Shown in pieces: positions 1-13,390 of a stretch of DNA of 64,000 nt. The notes below the pieces were generated by a model. It worked only from the letters and a program-made list of their open reading frames with translations, did not search any database and was not told the origin of the DNA. Origin of the DNA: Eledone cirrhosa (Eukaryota); NCBI GenBank assembly GCA_964016885.1, contig OZ024766.1, forward strand, positions 22,196,001 through 22,260,000. The letters are read 5' to 3'. Every line of letters starts with the position of its first letter. Position 1 is the first letter of the stretch. The translations under genes and the position numbers were made by a program.

Positions 1-210
1 GTGGTGATGGTGGTTGTGGTGTGGTGATGTAGTGGTGTGGTATGGTGTGTGGTGGTGGTTGTGATGTGGTGATGTAGTGGTGTGGTGGTTGTGGTGTGGT
101 GTGGTGATGTAGTGGTTGTGGTGATGGTTGTGATGTGGTGATGTAGTGGTGGTGGTGGTTGTGGTGTGGTGATGTGGTGTGGTATGGTGTTGTGTGGTGG
201 TTGTGTGATG
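1..210. repeat. Degenerate (GTG)n/(GTGTG)n simple repeat
   Basis: Low-complexity GGT/GTG tract read directly. Confidence 0.9.
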
Positions 211-217
211 TAAACAG

Positions 218-455
218 GATTTGTGTGGTGGTGAGATGGTGGACATCGAGTCTGATGTTGATGCCAACAAGAGCTGGCAGAGATGATTGTGTAATGATGG
301 TTGGGGTGGGGGTCTAACTCTCTCTCTAACACACTCCCCCCCCTCTCTCTCTCTCACTCACTCACTCTCACTGTCTCTCTCTATTTCAGTACTCACAGAT
401 GTATCACTATGAAGACCAACAACAACAACAACAACAACAACGGGATGTGATGTGA
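218..455 (+). other. Possible terminal exon(s) of an unidentified upstream plus-strand gene
   Basis: Unique-looking sequence follows candidate acceptors taaacag (ends 217) and a pyrimidine-rich ...ctatttcag (ends 389). One frame from 390 reads YSQMYHYEDQQQ...RDVM*. No homology recognised. Confidence 0.25.
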
Positions 456-875
456 AATCCTTCATCCATTTCTGCCCTCCTCAACACACACACACACACA
501 CACGCATGTGTGTGACTGGTCTGTTGTCATGGTGAGAGTGTGTGTATATATATATATATATGGTGTGTGTGTTTATATATGTATATACGTGCGTGTGTTT
601 AGATATGTATATACGTGTGTGTGTGTATGTGTGTGTATATATATGTGTGTGTCTGTTTATATATATATATTTGTGTGTGTATGTGTGTATATATATATAT
701 GTCTTTATATATGAATATACTTGTGTGTGTTTATATATATATGTGCGTGTTTATATATGAATATATATGTGCGTGTGTATATATATATATGTGTGTCTGT
801 TTATATATGAATATGTGTGCGTGTGTGTGTGTTTATATATGTATATACTTCTATATGTGTGTGTGTATATATATA

Positions 876-922
<47 letters not shown>

Positions 923-1039
923 ATTTATATATGTTTGTGTATATATATATATACACATATGTGTGTATTTATATATGTTTGTGTATATATATATATATAC
1001 ACATATATATATATATACACATATAAAAGAAGGAACAAA

Positions 1040-1530
1040 AAGAACTGAACCTCTACTCCTTGGAGCGAAGACGGGAGAGATACGCAGTGATCTACACGTG
1101 GGAAATCCTGGAGGGGGGGGGGGGGGGACCAGCCCCAAAATTTGGCATTGGGAGCTGGACCAACCCCCGAACTGGACGTCACTGTGTGGTGCCAAAGGTC
1201 CCGTCTTCCACATCTAGAATAGGGAGCAGATATTGCAATAGCCTGAGGGGGGGGTTCAAGGGCCCTCAACTCTTCAACAAGCTGCCAAGGGATCTGAGAG
1301 ATCTGCACGGTGTGTGTGTGGGGGGGGGGGGATGCCTTCAAGAAACATCTCGGCTCCCTGCTATCCAGGATATTGGGGAGAGCCCACAGCACAGCAAGGC
1401 ACGAGGGGGAACCTAAGGGCAGCAGCACCAGTGGTCAACCAATACAGGCTGGAGACAGAATGTGTAGAAAACAAGGGCGGTGCCCCAGCATGGCCTCAGC
1501 CGGATGGCTGGAACATGTAAAAGACTAAAA
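1040..1530 (+). mobile_element. CR1/Jockey-group LINE 3' fragment (decayed RT C-terminus)
   Basis: Translation LERRRERYAVIYTWEILEG...FKGPQLFNKLPRDLRDL...DAFKKHL resembles the CR1-type RT C-terminal region. It is frameshifted, has poly-G expansions and ends in an A-run. Confidence 0.75.
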
Positions 1531-1544
1531 AAAAAAAATGTAAA

Positions 1545-1680
1545 TGTATGTGTGTGTGTGTGTGTATATATATATAAATGTTTATATGTGTGTGTGTATA
1601 TATATATGTGTGTGTATATATGTTTATATGTGTATATATATATATTTATATGTGTATATATATATATATATTTATATGTG

Positions 1681-1714
<34 letters not shown>

Positions 1715-1728
1715 TATATATATATATT

Positions 1729-1782
<54 letters not shown>

Positions 1783-1877
1783 TATATATATATTTATATG
1801 TGTATATATATATATATATTTATATGTGTATATATATATATATATATTTATATGTGTATATATATATATATATTATT

Positions 1878-1926
<49 letters not shown>

Positions 1927-1992
1927 GTTTATATATATATATACACACACATATATATATATATACACACATATATATATATATATACACAC

Positions 1993-2081
<89 letters not shown>

Positions 2082-2100
2082 TATATATATATATACACAC

Positions 2101-2183
<83 letters not shown>

Positions 2184-2196
2184 TATATATACACAC

Positions 2197-2257
<61 letters not shown>

Positions 2258-2266
2258 TATATATAT

Positions 2267-2338
<72 letters not shown>

Positions 2339-2487
2339 GTACCAATGTTTATGCATAATCAATGTATATACAGGCAAGTCTGTGATATATTCACACAGGA
2401 AAATACTGAAAATTTGAATCATTTCAGTAAGAAAAATATTTTTTCTTTCATAGTGAGTCTGCCCATATGTTTATTGTATAGAAATGT

Positions 2488-2519
<32 letters not shown>

Positions 2520-2561
2520 ATATATATATATGTTTGTTTGTTTGTGTTTGAGTATATATGC

Positions 2562-2593
<32 letters not shown>

Positions 2594-2760
2594 GTTTATA
2601 TATATATATGTTTATATATATATGTTTATATATATATATATAGGTATATGTTTATATATTTATATGTATAAAAGTTTATATATTTATATATATATGTATG
2701 TATATGTTTATGTATATATATATATATATACATATAAGTATGTTTATATATATATAGTTC
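1545..2760. repeat. Compound (TA)n/(CA)n/(TG)n microsatellite field
   Basis: Read directly; this is the source of the Y/I/H/T-rich spurious ORFs. Confidence 0.95.
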
Positions 2761-2939
2761 AAAATTATATAAATATCTAAATTTGAAAATTAAATAAAAA
2801 TTCTAATTTAATCTTTGTTTTGTTGTTTTAGTAGTAGTAGTAGCAGCAGTAGCAGCAATAATAGTAATAATAATAGCAGCAGCAGCAGCAGTAGTAGTAA
2901 TAGTAGCAGTTTTTTTTTCACAAAATAAAATATTCCTAA

Positions 2940-3720
2940 TATTAATAAAAAATATTTTATAAATTAATCAATTAAATAAACATTTTTTCAACACTATACC
3001 CACATTCTACATCTTTCAAACTATATCTCCTTAAAATTTCATTAAAAAATGTAAATTATTTTAAAAGCTGTGAAGGAACAAAGTAGGAGGGGGTAACTAA
3101 ACTTCTGTATACATTTTCACTTAAAAACAATTGTTAAAATTAACAAAAAATATTTTAAAAATTAATTAATTAAATAAACATTTTTTCAACACTATACCCA
3201 CATTCTACATCTTTCAAACTATATCTGCTTAAAATTTCATTAAAAAATATAAATTATTTAAAAAGTTGTGAAGGACCAAAGTAGGAGGGGGTAACTAAAT
3301 TTCTGTATACATTTTCACTTAAAAACAATTGTTAAAATTAACGAAAAATTATTTAAAAAATTAATTAAATAAACATTTTTTCAACACTATACACACATTC
3401 TACATCTTTCAAACTATATCTGCTTAAAATTTCATTAAAAAATATAAATTATTTTAAAAGCTGTGAACGAACAAAGTAACTAAACAAAGTAACAAACAAG
3501 GTAACTAAACTTCTGTATACATTTTCACTTAAAAACAATTGTTAAAATTAACGAAAAATATTTTAAAAATTAATCAATTAAATTAATTTGTTTTCAATAA
3601 TATAATAATATTCTACATCTTCTTAAGTATATGTCTACAAAATTTCATTAAAAAATATCATTTATTAAGAAAGTTATCAGTAATTAAATGGAGGTGGGTC
3701 ACTGAATTTATTTAAAAAAA
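2940..3720. repeat. About 200-bp AT-rich tandem repeat, about 3.5 copies
   Basis: The unit aaacattttttcaacactatacccacattctacatctttcaaactatatc...aaaacaattgttaaaattaac recurs at about 2978, 3176 and 3371, with a diverged copy near 3585. Confidence 0.85.
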
Positions 3721-3809
3721 AAAATGGAGTCTTTAGTTTTTGGTACAGTGAAGCGACATCAGTTGCAGTATGTTCTGAAAACCAGCCAGTTGATGTAAAA
3801 AACTTTAGA

Positions 3810-4090
3810 TAGTTGTCCCCCGGTATTCGCGGGGGGGTTACGTTCCAGGAACACCCGCGAATATCGGACGTGGTCCATAAAAATGCCTACAAACGTCGAA
3901 ACAACGTAAAATATAGGCCGGCAAATTGTTATTAAACAATTTAATGTTAAAAATTATATAAAAGCCATAAAAAACCGCGGAAGATATTTACGATTCCGCG
4001 AATATGCAGTGGTTTCCACGAACAATTGATTATAGGTTTGTTAGGTTCTACCGAAAATTCCGCGTTTATCGGTGGTGGGGTTTACAGTAT
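3810..4090. mobile_element. Decayed Tigger/pogo-like MITE
   Basis: Left end tagttgtcccccggtattcgcgg and right end ccgcgtttatcggtggtggggtttacagta are imperfectly inverted and resemble pogo/Tigger TIRs. CpG-rich island in AT-rich DNA. Confidence 0.5.
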
Positions 4091-4273
4091 TATATAACAA
4101 GATTTATCTCCCTTTTTTAGTAACAAGAATTGTCTCCCTTGTATTACAAACATTTCTTTAATTTCTCCTGTTTCCTTTTGTCTTCCAGCGGTTCTTGTCA
4201 GAATCAACCTGGTCCCTAGATAAAACTATCGAACTACACAGAGTATGTACCTTCGTAAAGAGTAGGCCCTTAA

Positions 4274-4655
4274 CCCTTTAGTATTTACATTACTCTATAT
4301 ATACTATTGTATTGTCACAGTAAAGGCTTTATCTCACATAACATTTACATTACTCTATATATACTATTGTATTGTCACAGTAAAGGCTTTACCTCACATA
4401 ATATCTCACATAACATTTACATTACTCTATATATACTATTGTATTGTCACAGTAAAGGCTTTACCTCACATAATATCTCACATAACATTTACATTACTCT
4501 ATATATACTATTGTATTTTCACAAAATCTATGAGATTTTGATATTATTTTGAGAACAATACCTTAACATCAGTATGAGTGGCCAGTTACAGCTGGTTTGA
4601 ACAGAAAGAGGTGAGAGAATTCTGCTCATACATGACCAGTTTAAATACTAAAGAG
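4274..4655. mobile_element. piggyBac-like MITE with TTAA target duplication and an internal tandem triplication
   Basis: ttaa|ccctttagtattta ... taaatactaaagag|ttaa inverted ends. A 60-75 bp segment is repeated three to four times at about 4283-4520. Confidence 0.65.
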
Positions 4656-5231
4656 TTAATATTTGTTTCACAAAATGTTTATACATAAAGAAACTCAAAG
4701 AAATGAATACAAAAACGTATATATATATAGGTTTATATTTATATATTTATATGTATATAATTATATATACATTCAAATAATTATGTATACATATATGTAT
4801 GTATATATATATATAAATATATATATAAATACTTCTATATATGTACATATGTCTATATATATAAATACTTATATATATGTACATATGTGTATATATATAT
4901 ATTTATATATATACATATATAGTCTCTGGTCACCAAAGTGGTTGAGTTCACCTTTAGAAGTGATCCTTAAGAAAGTACACTTATTGAAGATAGTGTCGTT
5001 GGGAAATTTCGTAAAACTAGGACAATTTTACACAGAAAACAATGGACAACTGAAGGTTGATAGGCTGGAAAATTAATTTTTCTTGTTAATTACTGAATTT
5101 TTATCCTCGTTATCATGAATTTCATTTTTTATTTATAGTATATTTTTTTGTTAAGTTTAATTGTTTCTGTCTTGTTATAGCCTCGTTAGTGAAGAAAAGA
5201 CTGTTCATAGGTAACATTAAGTTAAAGTGTA

Positions 5232-5264
<33 letters not shown>

Positions 5265-5370
5265 GTCTGTTTGTCTTTATATATATATATGTGTGTGTGT
5301 CTATGGTATATATGTATATATATATATATATATATGTCTGTCTTTATATATATGTATATGTGTGTGTGTG

Positions 5371-5402
<32 letters not shown>

Positions 5403-5724
5403 TATATCTATCATCATCATCGTATATATATGTATATATATTTCCATATCTCGTTAAAAAGTAATGACTCGTTTATCACCTAAATTCATCACTTTAATAA
5501 TTAATAATTAAATTAATTAATATTAATTATTTGACTCGTTTATCACCTCAATTCATCACTTTAATAATTAATAATTAAATTAATTAATATTAATTATCTA
5601 ATTATCTCTACATCTGAATGACTCCTTCCCCCTCTTCTCTTCTTTCACTCAGATCTTAACAATGATGATGATAATTATAAAATTAATTCAGTTCACTGCA
5701 AGACTCTCGTTAGATATTTCTATA

Positions 5725-6250
5725 AAGTTTAACTCATTAAGTTTGTTAACTCATTAAGTTTGTTAACTCATTAAGTTTTAACTCATTAAGTTTTAACTCA
5801 TTAAGTTTTAACTCATTAAGTTTTAACTCATTAAGTTTTAACTCATTAAGTTTTAACTCATTAAGTTTTAACTCATTAAGTTTTAACTCATTAAGTTTTA
5901 ACTCATTAAGTTTTAACTCATTAAGTTTTAACTCATTAAGTTTTAACTCATTAAGTTTTAACTCATTAAGTTTTAACTCATTAAGTTTTAACTCATTAAG
6001 TTTTAACTCATTAAGTTTTAACTCATTAAGTTTTAACTCATTAAGTTTTAACTCATTAAGTTTTAACTCATTAAGTTTTAACTCATTAAGCTTGTTAACT
6101 CATTAAACTCATTAAATCATTAAGTTCGTTAACTCATTAAACTCGTTAAACTCATTAAGTTCGTTATCCCATTAAGTTTGTTATCTTATTATGATCGTTA
6201 ACTCATTAAGATTGTTAACTCATTAAGTTTAACTCATTAAGCGCGTTAAG
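5725..6250. repeat. 15-bp minisatellite (aactcattaagtttt)n, probably within or just beyond the TMEM86A 3' UTR
   Basis: More than 20 near-perfect copies with degenerate edges. Confidence 0.95.
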
Positions 6251-6538
6251 GTAATTTTCCAATATCCGATTTATCTTTTTTTTCTTTCTTTTATTTTTGG
6301 TTGGTGTTGGTGGTGGCGGTGGGGGAGTGTAGTTTTTTTAATTATCATTCCATTAATTAAATTTTTTTTAATTATCTTTTTTCAATTGTCTCTTTTTCGT
6401 AACATCTTTTCAGTTCAACTCTCGGGGCTGAATATCGCTGTGTCTCGTTTCATTTCGTTTGTGCTTCGTTAATTCATTAATTAAAGAATTTCATTTATTA
6501 ATATTTAATTAACTACCGAAACTTGGTTCGTTAGTTAA

Positions 6539-7717
6539 TTAATTAATATGTGTAGCTTCTTCTCCTTGTCGTCGCATCCTTCGTTTCAGCTCGTTGGCAC
6601 TCTCCTCGTTACAGTGATGTTCGTTAGCACTTTCCTCATTAAGGTGAGGCTCGTTAAAACACTCCTCGTTAAGGCAGGTAGTGTTAGTTTTTTGCTCATT
6701 TAAGCAGTGTTCGTGGGTTTGAGTGAGGGCTTGTGCTTGAGTGTGGGTTTTGGTTTGATTGAGGGCTTGGTCTTGAGTGAGGGTTTGGTCTTGAGTGGGG
6801 GCTTCGGGTTGAGTGAGGGTTTGGTCTTGAGTGGGGGCTTCGGGTTGAGTGAAGGTTTGGTCTTGAGTGGGGGCTTCGGGTTGAGTGAGGGTTTGGTCTT
6901 GAGTGAGGGTGAGAAACTCAACAGATTTGCTTTGGCTGTGAGTGAGGGTTTGTGAGGTGAGTAGCTTTGGCTTGCTCTTGTCCTGAGTGTGGGTTCGAGT
7001 TTGGGTTTGGGTTTGGGGTTGAGTGAGGGCTATAAGTTCCTCGGCCTGGCTGTCGACAACCGAGAGCGAGATGAGGAGCTGGGCTGCATAGTAAGTGACC
7101 ATGATGATGGTGTGCGCGTAAGGGACGGGGTGACGAAACTTATCAACGGCGATGACGAAATCAGAAATGAGAAATAGAATCGACCCGGCGCAGCTGCACA
7201 GTTTTGTCCAGGTCCAGAGGTCGTCGAAAAACTGCACCCGGGCGACAGCTCTCCAAGCCATAGTAGTTATCAGCGCGCCGTAGACGCCGGCTGCGTAGAA
7301 AAGCAGCGGGGTCTTCTCGGGGTCCATTTCAGCCGTGACATATTTGAAAGCAAACGCGCCCAACACGGAAAGCACGGACGCGGCGTAAGGGTTGAAAGGG
7401 CGCCAGCCGAAAGCCCTGGCGTATGCCGCTTGCGCCACGGCGAACATTGCAAGCCCGTGCATGAAATAGGTCTTTTTCCACACGAGGAAAGCGTCCCCTA
7501 AACAGCTGAACACGAGCCCAATTAAGATCCGGCGGGAGTACCTGTAGTAGATGCTAAAGCTCATTCCATGGAGAAGGACAAACAGCATGAGCGAGACGAT
7601 GGGTAAACACTTGAAGACACAGCAGAAGATGTTTGAGGAGTTCTCATCCTGGTACAATACGAAATAAAGGGCCACGGTCTTGAAGAAGGGCACCAGCTTG
7701 GGTCCGACACTTTTTAA
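6539..7717 (-). CDS. TMEM86A: Lysoplasmalogenase TMEM86A-like (YhhN family), main coding exon
   Basis: After the acceptor ctttcttcaacag the exon reads LKSVGPKLVPFFKTVALYFVL...KCLPI...GLVFSCLGDAFLVW...YFMHGLAMFAVAQ...LFLISDFVIAVDKF...IMVTYYAAQLLISLS. This is colinear with vertebrate TMEM86A as recalled (KSEGPKLVPFFK, GDAFL, ISD, TYY.AQ). Stop TAA at 6541-6539. Confidence 0.95.
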   Translation of the reverse strand, partial: LKSVGPKLVPFFKTVALYFVLYQDENSSNIFCCVFKCLPIVSLMLFVLLHGMSFSIYYRYSRRILIGLVFSCLGDAFLVWKKTYFMHGLAMFAVAQAAYARAFGWRPFNPYAASVLSVLGAFAFKYVTAEMDPEKTPLLFYAAGVYGALITTMAWRAVARVQFFDDLWTWTKLCSCAGSILFLISDFVIAVDKFRHPVPYAHTIIMVTYYAAQLLISLSVVDSQAEELIALTQPQTQTQTRTHTQDKSKPKLLTSQTLTHSQSKSVEFLTLTQDQTLTQPEAPTQDQTFTQPEAPTQDQTLTQPEAPTQDQTLTQDQALNQTKTHTQAQALTQTHEHCLNEQKTNTTCLNEECFNEPHLNEESANEHHCNEESANELKRRMRRQGEEATHIN

Positions 7718-7848
7718 CTGTTGAAGAAAGAGAAAGGGAGAGAGATGAGAGATGAGAGAAAGAGAGAAAGAGAGAAAGAAAGTGTTAAATATAAACAGAA
7801 AACAGAATTACATTAGATAATGTATATACAGTATATGTATGTAGAATA

Positions 7849-7890
<42 letters not shown>

Positions 7891-7987
7891 AAAAAGTATG
7901 ACCCCGACGGCAGAGATCAAGCCGTTTCGACGGATATTTCTGGACTAAATTAGAATTTTTTGCCTGGACCAGGCTAAAAAATTCTAA

Positions 7988-8930
7988 TAGTAGTAGTGGT
8001 GGTGGTGTTGGTGGTGTTGGTGGTGGTGGTGGTGGTGGTGGTGGTAGTAGTGGTGGTGGTGGTGGTGGTGGTAGTAGTAGTGATGGTGGTGGTGGTGGTG
8101 GTGGTGGTGGTGGTGTTGTTGGTGGTAGTGGTGGTGGTGGTAGTAGTGGTGGTGGTGTTGGTGGTGGTGATGGTGCTGGTGGTGGTGCTGGTGGTGTTGG
8201 TGTTGGTGGTGGTGGTGGTGGTGGTGGTAGTGGTGATGGTAGTAGTAGTGGTGGTGGTGGTAGTAGTAGTGGTGGTAGTGGTAGTGGTGGTGGTGGTGGT
8301 AGTAGTAGTGGTGGTAGTGATGGTGGTGGTAGTAGTAGTAGTAGTGGTGGTGGTGGTGGTGGTGGTGGTGGTGGTAGTGGTGGTGGTGGTGGTGGTGATG
8401 ATGGTGGTGGTGGTGGTGTTGGTAGTGGTGATGGTGGTGGTGGTGGTGGTGTTGGTAGTGGTGGTGGTAGTAGTAGTGATGGTGGTGGTGTTGGTGGTGG
8501 TGGTGGTAGTAGTAGTGATGGTGTTTGTACCAACAAACAAAGACAAAGTTGTTTGAGGTGGTGGTGGCGGTGGTGGTGGTGTGTGGTGTGTTAGTGGTGG
8601 TGGTGGTGGTCGTCGTGTGTGGTTTGGTGGTGGTGTGTGGTGTAGTGGTGGTGTAGTGTGTGGTGGCGGTGTGTGGTGTGGTGGCGGTGTGTGGTGGCGG
8701 TGTGTGGTGTAGTGTGTGGTGGTGGTGTGTGGTGTAGTGTGTGGTGGTGGTGGTGGTAGTGGTAGTCGTCGTGTGTGGTGTGGTGGTGGTGTGTGGTGTA
8801 GTGGTGGTGTAGTGTGTGGTGGTGGTGTGTGGTGTGTTAGTGGTAGTGGTGTAGTGTGTGGTGGTGGTGTGTGGTGTGTTAGTGGTAGTGGTGTAGGTGG
8901 TGTAGTGTGGTGGTGGTGGGGTGTAGAAGT
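7988..8930. repeat. (GGT/AGT)n trinucleotide and GTGTG tract
   Basis: Read directly; gives poly-P/T/V spurious ORFs. Confidence 0.95.
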
Positions 8931-9025
8931 GATTTAGAACAGAAGTAAAGACTTTGGACTTGTTTTGGTGTGTTTAACATATCTTGAGAGGTGGTGTAGT
9001 GGTGTGTGTGTGTGTGTGTGTATAT

Positions 9026-9076
<51 letters not shown>

Positions 9077-9424
9077 TATATATATATATACACATATATA
9101 TATATACACACACACATATATATATATACACACACATATATATATACACACACACATATATATATATATAGAAACACACACACACATATATATATACACA
9201 CATATATATATATATACACACATATATATATATATACACACATATATATATATACACACACATATATATATATACACACATATATATATATATATACACA
9301 CATATATATATATATACACACACATATATATATATATATATACACATATATATATATATATATACACATATATATATATATATATATACACATATATATA
9401 CACACACACATATATATATATATA

Positions 9425-9502
9425 CAGGGTGTCCCAAAAAGTGTATACACACTTTCATTAGAATTGCTTTTTAAGTGAGTATACAATTTTTGGGACACCC
9501 TG
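9425..9502. mobile_element. Tc1/mariner-type MITE
   Basis: TIRs cagggtgtcccaaaaa...tttttgggacaccctg, preceded by TA. Related copies at 16253-16331 and 54123-54221. Confidence 0.8.
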
Positions 9503-9504
9503 GT

Positions 9505-9544
<40 letters not shown>

Positions 9545-9546
<2 letters not shown>

Positions 9547-9771
9547 AACAAGTAGGACCCCGACGGCAGAGCTCAAGCCGTTTCGACGGCTAATTCTGTA
9601 CTAAAAAAAAAAAAAAAAAAATTTTTTTTTTTAGTCCAGAATTAGCCGTCGAAACGGCTTGAGCTCTGCCGTCGGGGTCCTACTCGTTCCTATTACCCAC
9701 TCTACTACCCTAAGTATTGAGTACTCTGGTGCGTTATGGTCCACCTGGTTCCTTACCACATTTCCTTCGTT
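9545..9771. mobile_element. Short fold-back element inserted in (TA)n (family member)
   Basis: Palindrome ggaacaagtaggaccccgacggcagagctcaagccgtttcgacggctaattctg...cagaattagccgtcgaaacggcttgagctctgccgtcggggtcctactcgttcc plus an 80-bp tail. Other copies at 7888-7990, 11875-12020, 13095-13286, 25691-25802, 39198-39401 and 39729-39820. Confidence 0.85.
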
Positions 9772-10789
9772 ATATATCTATATATATAGACAGAGAGAGA
9801 GAGGGGGGGGGTGATTTAGTTAAGAGTGAAAGGCGAGGGAGGGGCGGGCGCGCGGCGGGGTGAGGGGGGAGTTAAAAAGGAAGTAGTGTTTTGGGACATG
9901 GTGGTGGTGGAGAGGAGAGATGGATGTAGTGGTGGTGGTGGGAAGAGAGGGAGGAGGTAATGTAGGTGAATCACGTGGTCATTTGGTAGTCACGAGGGTG
10001 AGAGAGAGATAGATAGAGAGAGAGAGAGAGAGAGAGGGAGAGATATATATAGATAGATAGAGAGAGGGAGGGAGAGAGAGAGAGAGAGAGGGAGATATAT
10101 ATATAGATAGATAGAGAGAGGGAGATAGATAGAGAGAGAGAGAGACAGATATATATATATAGATAGAGAGAGGGAGAGAGAGAGAGAGAGAGAGACAGAT
10201 ATATATATAGATAGATAGAGGGAGAGAGAGAGAGAGAGAGAGAGATAGAGAGAGGGAGTTAGAGATAGAGATAGATAGAGGGAGAGAGAGATAGATAGAG
10301 ATAGATAGATAGATAGAGAGAGAGAGACAGAGATATATATAGATAGAGGGAGAGAGAGAGAGAGAGATAGATAGAGATAGAGAGAGAAATAGAGAGGGAG
10401 GGAGATAGATAGATAGAGAGAGAGAGACAGAGATATATATATAGATAGAGGGAGAGATAGATAGATAGATAGATAGATAGAAAGAGTGACAAAGATAGAT
10501 AGATAGAGAGAGATAAAGAGAAAGACAGAGAGAGAGAGAGAGAAAGAGACAGACAGACAGAGAGAGAGAGAGAGAAAGAGAAAGACAGAAAGAGAAAGAC
10601 AGACAGAGAGAAAGAGTGTGAGAAGAGTCAGGTCAAAAACTATGACACCAACAATTCTATATTATATCATATGTATTGCCAGATATGTCAGCCTCTCACA
10701 CACGCCCTTCGCTCTAATCTAGACAGATAAACTAATTTTATTCATCATTATACCAACATCATCAATAAAATATGATTGCAAATACAATT

Positions 10790-11465
10790 GGCTGAAATGA
10801 GGGTCCCCCGAAGGGGTTTTGGAGCAATGTTACTCGATAGAGATTGTAGCTCGGAGATCAGAGTGTCACTCCAGGTAGAGCTGTTACTTCTCTGAATTGA
10901 GAGATCACAGCTCTGATACTATGGACATGTGGTTAGAATGTCTCATGAAAGAATCACTGGAGAGTCACTCCAGGTAGAGCTGCTACTTCTCTGAATTGAG
11001 AGATCACAGCTCTGATACTATGGAGATGTGGTTAGAATGTCTCAGGTAAGAACCACTGGAGAGTCACTCCAGGTAGAGCTGCTACTTCTCAGAATTGAGA
11101 GATCACAGCTCTGATACTATGGACAGGTGGTTAGAATGTCTCAGGAAAGAATCACTGGAGAGTCACTCCAGGTAGAGCTGCTACTTCTCTGAATTGAGAG
11201 ATCACAGCTCTGATACTATGGACATGTGGTTAGAATGTCTCAGGAAAGAATCACTAGAGAGTCACACCAGGTAGAGCTGCTACTTCTCTGAATTGAGAGA
11301 TCACAGCTCTGATACTATGGACATGTGGTTAGAATGTCTCAGGAAAGAATCACTAGAGAGTCACACCAGGTAGAGCTGCTACTTCTCTGAATTGAGAGAT
11401 CACAGCTCTGATACTATGGACATGTGGTTAGAATGTCTCAGGAAAGAATCACTAGAGAGTCACTA
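10790..11465 (+). mobile_element. RTE (Expander/Rex3-like) LINE fragment expanded into a 99-bp tandem array (about 6 units)
   Basis: The flank translates AEMRVPRRGFGAMLLDRDCSSEIRVSLQVE. The unit translates LLLL*IERSQL*YYGHVVRMSQERIT, the RTE 'IERSQLRW.GH..RM' motif. Confidence 0.85.
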
Positions 11466-11592
11466 CAGACAGACAGACAGACAGATAAACAAAAGAGTTT
11501 GGTATGCCATCTGTCCTCTATATTACGTAATTCTCTTTCGTAAACAACAGGATAGTGGTGGTATGTTGTAGTGATAGTGGTGTAGCTACTAA

Positions 11593-11630
<38 letters not shown>

Positions 11631-11701
11631 AAAACCATGTGATGTTATGTTTACGTTTGCCACCAGGGGTGTAACTGAACAGTATCATATTTGTGAAGGG
11701 G

Positions 11702-11745
<44 letters not shown>

Positions 11746-11758
11746 GTATATATATATG

Positions 11759-11811
<53 letters not shown>

Positions 11812-12278
11812 GTATATATATATGTATATATATATGTATATATAAATGTATATATATATATATATGTATGTATAGGAAAAAGTATGACCCCGACGGCAGA
11901 GCTCAAGCCGTTTCGAAAGCTATTTCGGCTTGAGCTCTGCCGTCGGGGTCTTGAACAGTTTCCTATTGCACACTCTACTACCCTAAGTATTAAAACACTT
12001 TGTTTCTCGGATACGCAATATAGTGAGTAAACAAACACATATACACCTATATATACACATATATATATATATATACACATATATATATATATATACACAT
12101 ATATATATATATATACACATATATATATATATATACACATATATATATATATATACACATATATATATACACATATATATATACACATATATATATATAT
12201 ATACACATATATATATATATATACACATATATATATATATATACACATATATATATATATACACATATATATATATAT

Positions 12279-12344
<66 letters not shown>

Positions 12345-12720
12345 CTATATATATATATATAGATATACACACCTATATATATATATACATATATACACAC
12401 CTATATATATATACACACACACACACACACCTATATATATATACACACATACACACACACACATATACACACACACATACCTATATATATATATATATAC
12501 ACACACATATATATATATATATACACACACACACATATATATACACACACACATATATATATACACACACACACATACCTATATATATATATACACACAC
12601 ACACATATATATACACACATACCTATATATATATATACACACACACACATATATATATATACACACACACACACATATATATATACACACACACACACAC
12701 ATATATATATAATTACACAC

Positions 12721-12767
<47 letters not shown>

Positions 12768-12778
12768 CACACACACAC

Positions 12779-12809
<31 letters not shown>

Positions 12810-12933
12810 TACACCTATATATATATATATATATATATGTCTGTTTATAACTGATATAGAGCACTCAACAGTTAACTGGAGTAAACAGTCAAGGATATTA
12901 AATAAATGGAAACCATATTTATAAAACCATATT

Positions 12934-12997
12934 TATTCTATTATATATATTTCAAGGGTACCAAACCAACCTGGGTGCGCTTTCATCAGATAAAATA
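12934..12997 (-). ncRNA. Minimal type I hammerhead ribozyme motif, sense orientation within the TMEM86A intron
   Basis: Minus strand reads tattttat CTGATGA aag..(stem II)..ctt GAAA tatata TA atagaata. Stem I has 8 pairs including one G-U. Confidence 0.7.
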
Positions 12998-13050
12998 CAA
13001 AGTTTGTTTTATAAATAAAGACGGTCGAAAATTAACTGTGTAGTGGAAAC

Positions 13051-13091
<41 letters not shown>

Positions 13092-13094
13092 TAT

Positions 13095-13286
13095 AACGAA
13101 GGAAATGTGGTAAGGAACCAGGTGGACCATAACGCACCAAAGTACTCAATACTTTGGGTAGTAGAGTGGGTAATAGGAACCAGTAAGACCCCGACGGCTG
13201 AGCTCAAGCCGTTTCGACGGCTAATTCTGTCCAGAATTAGCCGTCGAAACGGCTTGAGCTCAGCCGTCGGGGTCTTACTGGTTCCT
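13095..13286. mobile_element. Short fold-back element in (TA)n (same family as 9545-9771, opposite orientation)
   Basis: Shares the aacgaaggaaatgtggtaaggaaccaggtggaccataacgcacc tail and the central palindrome. Confidence 0.85.
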
Positions 13287-13348
13287 ATATATATATATAT
13301 ATATAGTGTGTGTGTGTGTGTATATATGTATATATATATATATATATA

Positions 13349-13390
<42 letters not shown>

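Noticed and set aside
6539-7717. Retrocopy or horizontally acquired bacterial yhhN
   Set aside because: A canonical acceptor and an upstream start exon matching animal TMEM86A show a normal spliced gene.
7808-8556. Poly-Pro/Thr/Val ORFs (also 32.0-34.5 kb, 46.1-47.1 kb and 63.0-64.0 kb)
   Set aside because: Trinucleotide repeats open in several frames and on both strands.
9830-10000. GC box and E-box cluster as the TMEM86A promoter
   Set aside because: It lies inside the intron, downstream of the identified start exon. It could be an enhancer but has no further support.
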